Assembly (NCBI GenBank): GCA_965228895.1
Contig: OZ245842.1
Coordinates: 3,360,001 to 3,424,000, forward strand
DNA: 64,000 nucleotides
Direction of reading: 5' to 3'
Origin: Alphaproteobacteria bacterium
GTDB taxonomy: Bacteria > Pseudomonadota > Alphaproteobacteria > SP197
Made by a program: the position numbers and the translations under genes. The notes beneath the pieces were generated by a model. The model searched no databases, was not told the DNA's origin, and saw only the letters and a list, made by a program, of their open reading frames with translations. Positions 39,303 to 48,348 of the stretch are shown here, piece after piece. The first letter of the stretch is position 1. The number at the start of each line of letters is the position of its first letter.

Positions 39303-40154
39303 TCAGTCGCCTTCCGCCGGGCGGCGGCGCAGCATGATGGTCGCGACCACCGCCATGTAGAGGCCCGACAACAAGAAGGCGGTCACGGCACCCCAATACA
39401 TGCCCAGCGAATCGAAAACGTAGCTCCCGGCAAGCGCAAAGATCAGCAGGCTGCCGATACCGAACGGGAAATTCTTGATGATCCCGTGCACCTGCCGTTC
39501 GGAATAGGTCACGTGCACGATCAGCAACACCGGGTAGAGCGTGATCGGGAAACCGGACAGCAGGCCCGACCAGGCTTCACCGATCACGTCCGCAAGCCCG
39601 GTTATCGCCAGCACAATGGCCGAGGCGATCGCCGCGCGCACAACCAGCATCAGAGGCGTCACTGTCACCGCGGCCGCCGTATCAACCTCGACATTTTCGA
39701 TGCCGCGGAAAACCACAATGGCCATGCCCATGACGACCAGTGTCACCACGGTCAGAACCCAGCGGTCCTGTGGCAGGAGCGCCAGGATGCTCGCGAACAC
39801 CAGGAAGGCCACCATCGACAGCAGTGACGTCAAAAAGGCGTTCCACAACACCGGCGCGCCCCGGACTTTCCAATAGGAAAACCAGTGAACCAGCGACCCG
39901 CCGAGGAACTTCGAGATCTGCCAATAGGCGAAACAAAAGACCAGGGCAGCACTCAGGCCGCCGATCGTCGAGGTCGACGCGACAGCGGCAAACTCCGGTC
40001 CCTGCTCGATCCCGATGAAAAACAGGCTGACGGCGATGCCAAGCGGAAGACCTGCCAAAACACCTGCAGTCTTCGGCCCGGCCCGCTCGCTGAGCCACGC
40101 CAGGCCCAGCACCATGGCCGACGTCACAGCGACCTTGATCGCGACCATCAGCAT
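39303..40154 (-). CDS. hypothetical integral membrane protein (internal duplication)
   Basis: About 10 TM helices; duplicated GP..AG.L.G.P / GEAWSGLLSGFP motif. Confidence 0.8.
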   Translation of the reverse strand: MLMVAIKVAVTSAMVLGLAWLSERAGPKTAGVLAGLPLGIAVSLFFIGIEQGPEFAAVASTSTIGGLSAALVFCFAYWQISKFLGGSLVHWFSYWKVRGAPVLWNAFLTSLLSMVAFLVFASILALLPQDRWVLTVVTLVVMGMAIVVFRGIENVEVDTAAAVTVTPLMLVVRAAIASAIVLAITGLADVIGEAWSGLLSGFPITLYPVLLIVHVTYSERQVHGIIKNFPFGIGSLLIFALAGSYVFDSLGMYWGAVTAFLLSGLYMAVVATIMLRRRPAEGD

Positions 40155-40279
40155 CGCGACAGCCCCCTAACCTTATGTCGCCGCCATACTAGTGCGGATT
40201 TGCACCACGTGGCGATTGGGTTACGCCCGTCTCTGTGCGATCACTTACCACCGCCCGTTGTAGCCTGAGGACGTTGATC

Positions 40280-40651
40280 ATGGATCTTGGAAATTTCTCG
40301 GTCAGCCTTGCCGTCAAGGACCTCACGGCATCGCGGACGTTCTACGAAAAACTCGGTTTTCAGGTTATCGGAGGCGACGCCGACCAGGGCTGGCTCATCC
40401 TGCAATGTCCAAGCTGCGTGATCGGCCTGTTCCAAGGCATGTTCGAAAAGAACACGCTCACCTTCAATCCAGGCTGGGACACGGCGGGACAAACGCTCGA
40501 CACGTTTACCGATGTGCGCGACATCCAGAAATCGCTGAAGGCGGACGGCATCACGCCGCTCAGCGAGGCCGACGAAACGACTTCGGGACCCGCGAGCTGC
40601 ATGGTCATTGATCCCGACGGCAACCCCATCCTGATCGACCAGCACGTCTAA
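40280..40651 (+). CDS. VOC/glyoxalase family protein
   Basis: [42 protein letters not shown]. Confidence 0.92.
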   Translation: MDLGNFSVSLAVKDLTASRTFYEKLGFQVIGGDADQGWLILQCPSCVIGLFQGMFEKNTLTFNPGWDTAGQTLDTFTDVRDIQKSLKADGITPLSEADETTSGPASCMVIDPDGNPILIDQHV

Positions 40652-40660
40652 GCCGTCCCT

Positions 40661-41818
40661 CTAGGGCGACGATTCCAAAGGCGACAGCGAAGCGCGGAAG
40701 CGCCCCACGAAGCCCGCGACATCGGGCTCCATGCAAACGATGACCCAGGCGCCGCTTGCCATGTCTCTGACCAACTCGCCGGCATTGGCGGTTGCCAGGT
40801 GACGGCGCGGCTCGCCACGCCAGTTCGTCGCCGGAAAGTCGCCTGCTGTGCCGGGATAGGACCAGCCGGTGTCCGACATGTCGGCCACGACGCGAAGCGG
40901 CAGAAGCGCGAAGTCGCACACCGACGCGTCCAGCGCCACGCTCGCCGTCAGCGGATCCCAGAAATAGAACCCACCGGATTGGATGTCGCCACTCAGCACA
41001 TCGTGCGCCCACCGCGCCGGCGCCGTTTCGATGCCATCGAAGATCTCTCCGGCGAGCGTCGCATCGACCGGCACATGATTGGTCGCGTCCAGCGGCACCA
41101 GGCGGATCGACACTCCGGAGGAAAACACCGCATCCGCCGCGACCGGATCCAGAAAGATGTTCCACTCCGCAACGCTGTTTACTGGCATGGCGCTGTCACT
41201 GGGATCACTGACATTGCCGGACACATAGACCGCGCCGCCCATGACGACGATCTGGCGCACCTTGTCGACCATGTCGGGCGCCTTGTCGAAGGCGAGCGCG
41301 ATGTTGGTCAGCGGTCCAATAGCGAGGATCGCAATAGGTTCGTCGGCCCCGCGCAGCGTCTCGATGATCAGGTCGACGCCGCCGCGCGGATCAGGCATCG
41401 CCGATGACATCGGCAACGGCTCGAAGTTCTCAGGCGCCGACGCGTCGCGCCATGCCGGCGGCATGGCATGGAACCCGTCGAGCGGACTGGTCGCCCCGCA
41501 CGCGACGGGAATGGCGCCGTCCTCGCCGGTGGCGAACATCACCAGCGCCAGCGCCGTCGCCTCAACCTCGGGACACCGTCCGACACCGTCGCCGACGATG
41601 CTGATCGCCAGGACATCAATATCGTCATGACCCAGGACATACAGCAGCGCCATCCAGTCTTCCGGGCCCATATCGGTATCGATGATCCAGGTCTCGGCGG
41701 GTCGCGCATCCCCATCGCTCGTCTGGGCCGCCGCTTCGCCGATGAGGCCTATGGCCGCAACCCACAGACAGACGAGAACAACCGCGACTGCGCTGCGCTG
41801 AAGGTGCTTGTCGGCCAT
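40661..41818 (-). CDS. nucleoside hydrolase (IUNH family) with signal peptide
   Basis: IIDTDMGPED, IGPLTNIA, MGGA, AEWNIFLDP, PLDAT, WDPLT. Confidence 0.87.
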   Translation of the reverse strand: MADKHLQRSAVAVVLVCLWVAAIGLIGEAAAQTSDGDARPAETWIIDTDMGPEDWMALLYVLGHDDIDVLAISIVGDGVGRCPEVEATALALVMFATGEDGAIPVACGATSPLDGFHAMPPAWRDASAPENFEPLPMSSAMPDPRGGVDLIIETLRGADEPIAILAIGPLTNIALAFDKAPDMVDKVRQIVVMGGAVYVSGNVSDPSDSAMPVNSVAEWNIFLDPVAADAVFSSGVSIRLVPLDATNHVPVDATLAGEIFDGIETAPARWAHDVLSGDIQSGGFYFWDPLTASVALDASVCDFALLPLRVVADMSDTGWSYPGTAGDFPATNWRGEPRRHLATANAGELVRDMASGAWVIVCMEPDVAGFVGRFRASLSPLESSP

Positions 41819-41999
41819 CGCGGCCTCCTCCCCCGGTGCACGACAATGTGCAAGACCCTGTTGCGATGCTGACGCACACGTTATCGTCATTCAACCGGCA
41901 AGAAGATTGATGGGGCGCCGGCAGCCAGACCCTTGGTCGGCGTGGCGCGCGCCCCCATTCTTCTCATGCGCGGTAGTCAAGGCGCGCTTTGGATCTGCC

Positions 42000-43550
42000 A
42001 TGTCCGATACCGTCCGTTCCCCAAAACCCAAACGCGGTGAACGCTCGTCGCGACGTAAGCGCGCCGCCGAGACATCCGCGCCAGCCGTCATCGCCGGGGT
42101 TCGGCGCGAAATCCCGCCTTATGCCCTGATGGGCGAGGAAGGGCTCGACCTCATCGAGCGCCATACCGACAGGATCCTGAAGGAGGTCGGCATCGAGTTT
42201 CGCGGCGACGACGAGGCGCTTGCCCTGTGGCGAAACGCCGGCGCAAGTGTCGACGGCAACCGCGTGCGTTTCGACGAAGGACACTTGAAAGCGATCATCG
42301 CTGAGACCTCGCCCAAATCCTTTACCCAGCACGCACGCAATCCCAAGCGTTCCGTCGTCATCGGCGGCGACCACGTCGTCTTCGCGCCGGCCTATGGCGC
42401 GCCTTTCGTGCACGACATGGATAACGGACGGCGCTACGGCACACTCCAGGACTTCCAGAACCTGATCACGCTGGCCTACGCCTCACCCTGGCTGCACCAT
42501 TCCGGCGGCACAGTGTGCGAACCCGTCGACATCCCCGTCAACAAACGCCATCTCGACATGGTCTACGCGCACCTAACCTGCGGCGACAAACCGTTCATGG
42601 GCTCGGTCACCATGCCGCAACGCGCCGAGGACTCGATTGACCTCGTGCGCATCGCGTTCGGCGAAACGTTCGTCGATCAGAACTGCGTCATCATGGGCAA
42701 CATCAACATGAACTCGCCGCTGGTCTACGACGGCGCCATGTCCGGTTCGCTGCGCGCCTACGCCCGCGCCAACCAGTGCCCGGTTGTCGTGCCGTTCATC
42801 CTGGGCGGTGCGACGGGGCCTGTCACCATGGCCGGCATGATCGCGCAATCCATGGCCGAGGTGATGGTCGGCGTCGCGCTCGGCCAGCTCGAACGGCCGG
42901 GCTCGCCCGCCGTCTTTGGCAACTTCCTGACCACCGTCGATCTGAAGACGGGATCACCAACCTTCGGCACCCCCGAACCGGCGCTCGGCTCCTATGTCGC
43001 GGCACAACTGGCCAGGCGCATCGGCCTGCCGCTTCGTTGCAGCGGCGCGTTCTCGTCATCCAAGCTGCCGGACGCCCAGGCGATGCAGGAAAGCGTCAAC
43101 TCCATGAACACGGCGATCCTGTGCGGCGCCAACTTCGTCCTGCACGCCGCCGGCTGGCTCGAGGCCGCGCTGACCATCGGCTACGAAAAACTCATGCTCG
43201 ACGCCGATTATCTGGGCGCGCTCCACACCTTCGTGAAAGGCCTGCCGATGGACGAGAATGCGCTCGCCATGGATGCCTTCACCGAGGTCGGTCCCGGCAA
43301 CCACTTCTTCGGCTGCCAGCACACGCTGGCCAACTACGAGACCGCCTTTCACACGTCGGACCTTGCCGATACCGCAGCCTACGAAAACTGGCTCGACGCC
43401 GGTGCCACCGACGCCACCACCCGCGCCAACGCCGCCTGGAAGAAGGTCTTAAAGGAAACCGAACCGCCGCCGCTCGACCCCGGCATCGACGACGGGCTCA
43501 AGGACTATATCGCGCGCAAGAAAGAGACCCTGCCGGACATCTGGCACTAG
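42000..43550 (+). CDS. trimethylamine methyltransferase (MttB) superfamily protein, non-pyrrolysine
   Basis: FTQHARNP, APAYGAPFV, GGTVCEPVD, KRHLD, PTFGTPE, SKLPDAQA, HAAGWLE; no in-frame amber codon. Confidence 0.93.
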   Translation: MSDTVRSPKPKRGERSSRRKRAAETSAPAVIAGVRREIPPYALMGEEGLDLIERHTDRILKEVGIEFRGDDEALALWRNAGASVDGNRVRFDEGHLKAIIAETSPKSFTQHARNPKRSVVIGGDHVVFAPAYGAPFVHDMDNGRRYGTLQDFQNLITLAYASPWLHHSGGTVCEPVDIPVNKRHLDMVYAHLTCGDKPFMGSVTMPQRAEDSIDLVRIAFGETFVDQNCVIMGNINMNSPLVYDGAMSGSLRAYARANQCPVVVPFILGGATGPVTMAGMIAQSMAEVMVGVALGQLERPGSPAVFGNFLTTVDLKTGSPTFGTPEPALGSYVAAQLARRIGLPLRCSGAFSSSKLPDAQAMQESVNSMNTAILCGANFVLHAAGWLEAALTIGYEKLMLDADYLGALHTFVKGLPMDENALAMDAFTEVGPGNHFFGCQHTLANYETAFHTSDLADTAAYENWLDAGATDATTRANAAWKKVLKETEPPPLDPGIDDGLKDYIARKKETLPDIWH

Positions 43551-44095
43551 GGCCCGTAGTGGTGTGGCTGCTTGAACCGCACGAACGCCAGCGTCACCGC
43601 GTGGGCATAAAGCGTTGCCCGCGTCACCGCGCCATCGGTCAGCGCCCCGATCGTGCCCTCGGACAATCGTTCATCAGACAATCCGAACACCCTACGGTCT
43701 GCCTCGCCCAGGTTGACGCCGGATCGAACCAGCTGCGCGAGCGAGTCAGGCAAGATAAACGTTCCCGTGCGCGCCCTGCTTATGGTGCCGTCTGCGGCGC
43801 GCACCACGACCCAGGCAAACGAGCTCATCTCGTTGCCGTCGTCATGAACGCCGCCCTCCAGACCAACGCCAAAGTCAAAACCGGGATGCCGTTCATGCGC
43901 GCGCGTTGCCCTGTTTAGCGCCCCTTCCAACGTTTCGGCATCGCTCGTTGGCTGTTCGCTGACACCGGACGGCACCATCACGCCGACAAGCTTCGGCGTA
44001 ACATCGGAGAACAGCAGATGGACGCTCTGCCTGACCGCATCAAGTTTGACGGGATTGCCCGACGCGACAACGATGTTCACGGCATCACGTCCCAT
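43547..44095 (-). CDS. yjjX: inosine/xanthosine triphosphatase (non-canonical purine NTPase, DUF84)
   Basis: VASGNPVKL.AV, VPSGVSEQP, ETLEGALNRA, GLEGG, GTIGALT...TR. Confidence 0.88.
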   Translation of the reverse strand: MGRDAVNIVVASGNPVKLDAVRQSVHLLFSDVTPKLVGVMVPSGVSEQPTSDAETLEGALNRATRAHERHPGFDFGVGLEGGVHDDGNEMSSFAWVVVRAADGTISRARTGTFILPDSLAQLVRSGVNLGEADRRVFGLSDERLSEGTIGALTDGAVTRATLYAHAVTLAFVRFKQPHHYGP

Positions 44096-44603
44096 GCGGG
44101 CGACGCTCAAACGCATCCAGGAACGACGCAACCGCTGACGGATTCGAAAGCACGACACGCTCGCCGCCGAAATCCTTTAGTACGTCCATCAGCCGTAGCC
44201 GTTGGTCCCTCGGGAAGTGCCAGACGTAGACCAGGAACTCCCAGTTGAACCGCTCCGGGCAACCGGGCGTCATGTCCTCGCGCGTGCGGCCGTAGTCGCG
44301 CAAGACGCGTTTGACAACACGCCACAGGCAACGCCACCGTGGCATGTCGAGCCACACGACCGTGTCGGCCCGCTCCAACCGCTGCGGCAAGGTGCCACCG
44401 TAGTTGCCGTCCATGACCCAGGCGGGTTCCGCGATAAGGTCCTTGACCTGTTGCGTCCATGTCGCCTTATCCGGCTCGACCCAACCTGTCCGCCAGTACT
44501 GCCGGTCCAAATGCACCAGCGGCAAGCCGGCAACTGCCGCCAAGCGCTGCGCGAACACTGACTTACCCGCGCCGGGCGAACCGATGACAAGAACGCGTTG
44601 CAT
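44085..44603 (-). CDS. adenylate kinase-like DNA topology modulation (FlaR-like) P-loop protein
   Basis: VIGSPGAGKS, HLD..YW, WVMDGNY, R.DMTPGCPE. Confidence 0.9.
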   Translation of the reverse strand: MQRVLVIGSPGAGKSVFAQRLAAVAGLPLVHLDRQYWRTGWVEPDKATWTQQVKDLIAEPAWVMDGNYGGTLPQRLERADTVVWLDMPRWRCLWRVVKRVLRDYGRTREDMTPGCPERFNWEFLVYVWHFPRDQRLRLMDVLKDFGGERVVLSNPSAVASFLDAFERRPHGT

Positions 44604-44627
44604 TGAGGCCAGTTACGTGCGCCAACC

Positions 44628-45086
44628 TCACCCTTCCAGCGCCTCAATATCGATCGGGTCGGCCAGGACGCCGGTCTTGCGGAAGGCCGCCGGCGCATCG
44701 GTACCAGGGTCGAGGGTCGAGAAATAGAGCTCGATCGTGTGGCCGTTGGGGTCGAGGCAGTAGATGCCATAGGCGACGCCGTGGTCGACCGTGGCGGTGA
44801 TCGAGACGCCGTCCTCCTTCAGCTTCCTGAGGGCCGCCTTATACGCATCAAGCGAGCCATCGAACTCGAGCGCCAGGTGGTGCACCTCGCGCCCAGCAGT
44901 CTTGCCGACATCCTTGCATTCCATCAGCGCGATATCGTGGTCGCGGGCCCCGAAGGAGAGGAACACGGCCTTAAACCGCTCGGACTCGCCGACGACCTCC
45001 ATATCGAACATGTCGCGGTACCAGGCAGCCGACTGGTCGAGATCCTCGACACCCAGCACGATGTGCGCAAGCTGCTTGATCTTCAT
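44628..45086 (-). CDS. VOC family protein (extradiol dioxygenase-like)
   Basis: LAHIVL.V, HDIAL, VHHLAL, DHG..YGIY..DPNGH.IEL. Confidence 0.9.
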   Translation of the reverse strand: MKIKQLAHIVLGVEDLDQSAAWYRDMFDMEVVGESERFKAVFLSFGARDHDIALMECKDVGKTAGREVHHLALEFDGSLDAYKAALRKLKEDGVSITATVDHGVAYGIYCLDPNGHTIELYFSTLDPGTDAPAAFRKTGVLADPIDIEALEG

Positions 45087-45191
45087 GGCCTTCCCCCTCT
45101 TCCATGAGCCGCGCCATCATAACGTGCCGGGGTGGGTACGCCGCAAGAAGGGGGTGACATCGGCCCCTGATCTCTGTATCTACCCTGCCCC

Positions 45192-45278
45192 ATGACCTCG
45201 ACAAGCCGCCATACCGCGTACTTTTGGTACTTCGGCTATCCGACGCCCCCGGCGCCGGCAGAGGATCGTTCGGCCTAA
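45192..45278 (+). CDS. aromatic-amino-acid-rich leader peptide (attenuator) of DAHP synthase
   Basis: MTSTSRHTAYFWYFGYPTPPAPAEDRSA*; 6 aromatic codons in 7 positions; followed by a terminator and then the DAHP synthase gene. Confidence 0.85.
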   Translation: MTSTSRHTAYFWYFGYPTPPAPAEDRSA

Positions 45279-45306
45279 GACCCAACCACCGCCGACCTCC
45301 CCGAAC

Positions 45307-45335
45307 CGCCGCCAGGGACCTTGGCGGCGTTTTTT
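45307..45335 (+). terminator. intrinsic (attenuator) terminator
   Basis: CGCCGCCAGG-GAC-CTTGGCGGCG followed by TTTTTT, 36 nt upstream of the aroG start. Confidence 0.85.
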
Positions 45336-45371
45336 ATGGCCGCCGGTCACCCAACACCCCGGAGCCACACG

Positions 45372-46436
45372 ATGAACCCCAAGAGCCAGTTGACCGACGA
45401 CCTTCGTATCGAGCGCATCGATACGCTGAGCCCGCCCGCCGAGGTGATCGACGAGGCGCCGTCCAACCCGGCCATTGCGCAGACTGTGGATGGCGCCCAC
45501 CAGGCGATCCACAAGATCCTGCACGGCGAGGACGACCGCCTGGTCGTCATCATCGGGCCGTGTTCGATCCACGATCCCAAAGCCGCGATGGAGTACGCCA
45601 ACCGCCTCGTCGCCGAACGCGAGCGCCATGCCGGCGACCTCGAAATCCTGATGCGCGTCTATTTCGAGAAACCGCGCACCACGGTCGGCTGGAAGGGGTT
45701 GATCAACGACCCCCGGCTCGACGACAGCTTTCACATCAACGACGGCCTGCGCCTGGCACGCCGCCTGCTGCTTGACATCAACGCGCTCGGCCTGCCGGCG
45801 GCCTGCGAGTTCCTGGACGTCATGACGCCGCAATACATCGCCGACCTCGTCGCCTGGGGCGCGATCGGCGCGCGCACCACCGAAAGCCAGGTGCACCGCG
45901 AGATGGCCTCCGGCCTCTCCTGTCCCGTCGGTTTCAAGAACGGCACCAACGGTGACGTGAAGATCGCCGCCGACGCCGTACAAGCCGCCTCCAACCCGCA
46001 TCATTTCCTGGCGATCACCAAGGAGGGCCGCGCCTCCATCGCGACGACCACCGGCAACGCCGATGCCCACATCGTGTTACGCGGCGGCGCGGCGCCGAAT
46101 TATGACGCCGCCGGGATTGAGTCTGCCGCCGCCCAGCTCGCCAAGGCGGGCCTCACCGAAGCCATCATGGTCGACGCCAGCCACGGCAACTCCGGCAAGG
46201 ATCACACCAAGCAGCCTGGCGTCATCGCCGATATCGCGGGCCAGCTCGCCGGCGGCGAACGGCGCATCATCGGCGTCATGATCGAAAGCCATCTCGTCGC
46301 CGGCCGCCAGGACATGGTGCCAGGCCAGCCGCTAACCTACGGCCAGTCGATCACCGATGCCTGCATGGATTGGGAGATGTCGGTCGCGGTGCTGGGTGAG
46401 CTTGCGGCCGGCGTGCGCGCGAGGCGCGGCGCATAA
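45372..46436 (+). CDS. aroG: 3-deoxy-7-phosphoheptulonate (DAHP) synthase, class I alpha
   Basis: TDDLRI, GPCSIHD, MRVYFEKPRTTVGWKGLINDP, GAIGARTTESQVHR, SHGNS, YGQSITDAC. Confidence 0.95.
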   Translation: MNPKSQLTDDLRIERIDTLSPPAEVIDEAPSNPAIAQTVDGAHQAIHKILHGEDDRLVVIIGPCSIHDPKAAMEYANRLVAERERHAGDLEILMRVYFEKPRTTVGWKGLINDPRLDDSFHINDGLRLARRLLLDINALGLPAACEFLDVMTPQYIADLVAWGAIGARTTESQVHREMASGLSCPVGFKNGTNGDVKIAADAVQAASNPHHFLAITKEGRASIATTTGNADAHIVLRGGAAPNYDAAGIESAAAQLAKAGLTEAIMVDASHGNSGKDHTKQPGVIADIAGQLAGGERRIIGVMIESHLVAGRQDMVPGQPLTYGQSITDACMDWEMSVAVLGELAAGVRARRGA

Positions 46437-46456
46437 CGAAAACGCTGAACGTCCTG

Positions 46457-46560
46457 CCTCTCCCCCACTGACGCGGGGGCGAGGGGGAAAGGTCGGCGAT
46501 GGTTCCCTTTTCCTGTTTCGGGAGAGGGAGGGGCCCGATACGAAGCGTTAGGAGGGTGAG
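46457..46560. repeat. degenerate CCCTCTCCC...GGGAGAGGG-type REP-like palindromes between convergent genes
   Basis: CCTCTCCCCC-ACTGACGC-GGGGGCGAGG and TCCCTTTTCC-TGTTTCG-GGAGAGGGA...GAGGGTGAG. Confidence 0.6.
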
Positions 46561-46595
46561 CGTCGGCCGGTGACACGAACGACACCGGAGATGCG

Positions 46596-47390
46596 CTAAC
46601 CACCCGCGTAACGTTCCAGAAACGCCGTCATCCTGTCGTAGGCGTCTTCCGCTGCAATGGGGTCATAGGTCATGCCCTGGATCGGCGGTCCGTCCAACAG
46701 CTCCTCCAAGTCGAAGCCGTGGGAGGCGCCGGGATAGATGACGAGCGCGTATTCGTGGTCGGGCTCGCGCGGCATGCGCATGGCGATGCAACGGTCGGCC
46801 GGCGTCCAGATATCGGCGTCGCCGATCATGACCAAGAGCGGCGAGTCCAGTTCCAGCATGCTGGGCGCGCAGCCGGGATAGATCGCGATAGCCGCGGCGA
46901 ACGGGCGTTGCCGGTCGGGCTGCGCACTCTTGATGCTCTCGATCGCCGCCAGCACCGCCGAGCCGCCATGGGACCAGCCGATGACGGCGATGGCCTCGGG
47001 GTCGACATAGGGCAAGCTTTGCAGGAACGTCTTTCCGGCATGGGCGTCGCGCGCGCGGATCGCCGGGCTCGCGACCGCGCGGTCGCCCCGGCACACGCCG
47101 TCAATGCCGCGCGGCCCGTAGCTGTCGATGCGCAGCGACACATAGCCGAGCGCGCCGAAGAAACGTTCCGCCCACGCCACGGTCGGATAGGTCCCGCCGC
47201 AGCCATTCAACAGCACCACCGCCGGGAACGGGCCCTCGCCTTCCGGCCGCGTCAGCGCGGCCGACAACACGGTCGTCTCGCCGGTAAACTCGGTCATCGG
47301 AAACTGAACGGTCTCGCTTTCGGCGCGCGCCGCGGCGGCGCTGAACACAACAGCCAGCGCGGCCATGACGCCGACGGCTATCAATCGCAT
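46596..47390 (-). CDS. secreted dienelactone hydrolase family protein
   Basis: Signal peptide; GPFPAVVLLNGCGG, GWSHGG, GDADIWTP, YPGASHGFD. Confidence 0.9.
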   Translation of the reverse strand: MRLIAVGVMAALAVVFSAAAARAESETVQFPMTEFTGETTVLSAALTRPEGEGPFPAVVLLNGCGGTYPTVAWAERFFGALGYVSLRIDSYGPRGIDGVCRGDRAVASPAIRARDAHAGKTFLQSLPYVDPEAIAVIGWSHGGSAVLAAIESIKSAQPDRQRPFAAAIAIYPGCAPSMLELDSPLLVMIGDADIWTPADRCIAMRMPREPDHEYALVIYPGASHGFDLEELLDGPPIQGMTYDPIAAEDAYDRMTAFLERYAGG

Positions 47391-47405
47391 GCCCCTTTCC
47401 TCCCC

Positions 47406-47543
47406 TAGAGCGGATCGTTGTTAGGTGGAGCCGATGAACGGTTCGACCTGACAACGTGAATCCGCTCTTTATCTGTGAGGAGAGCAGATTCACCTGCCTT
47501 GATGCTATCGCGGAGCGATTCCATCAAAACCGGATCGGCTCTA
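47406..47543. mobile_element. ~138-bp MITE-like palindromic element (TAGAGC...GCTCTA)
   Basis: Terminal inverted repeats TAGAGCGGATC / GATCGGCTCTA; internal hairpins at 47416-47455 and 47456-47493; no ORF. Confidence 0.7.
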
Positions 47544-47660
47544 CGCGCCCAGCGTATCGCGCGAGAACGTGCGGAAGGAAGGGGGAGCCTCTGAAAAGAG
47601 CGTGTAGACCGCTTGGGACGGCGTTTTCGTCAGACGCCGTCCCTCACCAGCGATCCCGGT

Positions 47661-48062
47661 CTAGGACTCGCTCGGCTTGCGCGCCGGTTTGTCGCCAGCA
47701 CCCTCGTCACCGGCCATCGCGGTGCCGTTCGCCCAGCTTTGCGAGGCCGCCTCCATGCAGATGCAATAGAGTTTGGTGGTCTCGGCGAGATAGTCGCTGG
47801 ATGCCGCCTTCATCCAGTCCTGTTGCAATGAGACCGCGTCCTCCACATGCTCGGCGGACGACAGCTTCTGGCCGAAACTGACGTCTTGTTCCAGGCGGCG
47901 GCGCATGAAATCGGCCATTTCCTGGTTAAGCTTTAGGGCGCCTTCCATGTATCCCTGGCAGGCTTGGGACATCATGACCAGCGCCGTGCCGTATTGCTGG
48001 GGGAAATGGTCCGCGAAGGCCGATACGGCCTCTAACTCACTCGTCTTTACTTGATCTGGCAT
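47661..48062 (-). CDS. phasin family protein
   Basis: LNQEMADFMRRRLEQD...LQQDWMKAASSDYLAE; GGAG RBS before 48062. Confidence 0.78.
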   Translation of the reverse strand: MPDQVKTSELEAVSAFADHFPQQYGTALVMMSQACQGYMEGALKLNQEMADFMRRRLEQDVSFGQKLSSAEHVEDAVSLQQDWMKAASSDYLAETTKLYCICMEAASQSWANGTAMAGDEGAGDKPARKPSES

Positions 48063-48287
48063 GTCTTGCTCCACTGTCACGTTGGTTGCTGCGATAACCG
48101 CGCGATCCGCGCCGCGCGCGGATACGCCGTACACATGCCCCCTTTGAAACATCGAATCGTTGCAACATTGATCTGGCGGTCGCCCGCCACGTCGGCGCTC
48201 GCCTGGGCCACCATGGATAGCGTGCGTTCTGCGTCGCGCACATGAACCCGACAATGGGCAATGCTACCGCATCAGTGCGGCTGCGCA

Positions 48288-48301
48288 TTGATTTGGATCA
48301 T
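48288..48301. promoter_or_regulatory. FNR/FixK box upstream of the phasin gene
   Basis: TTGATTTGGATCAT (1 mismatch); minus-strand TAGCAT at 48261-48266 at class II spacing. Confidence 0.6.
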
Positions 48302-48348
48302 GACCTGCCCGGAAAAGATCGCGCCGCGCCGCCGGAAGGGCGATTGCG

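Noticed and set aside
42000-43550. Pyrrolysine recoding in the MttB homologue
   Set aside because: No internal TAG and no pyl genes in the window
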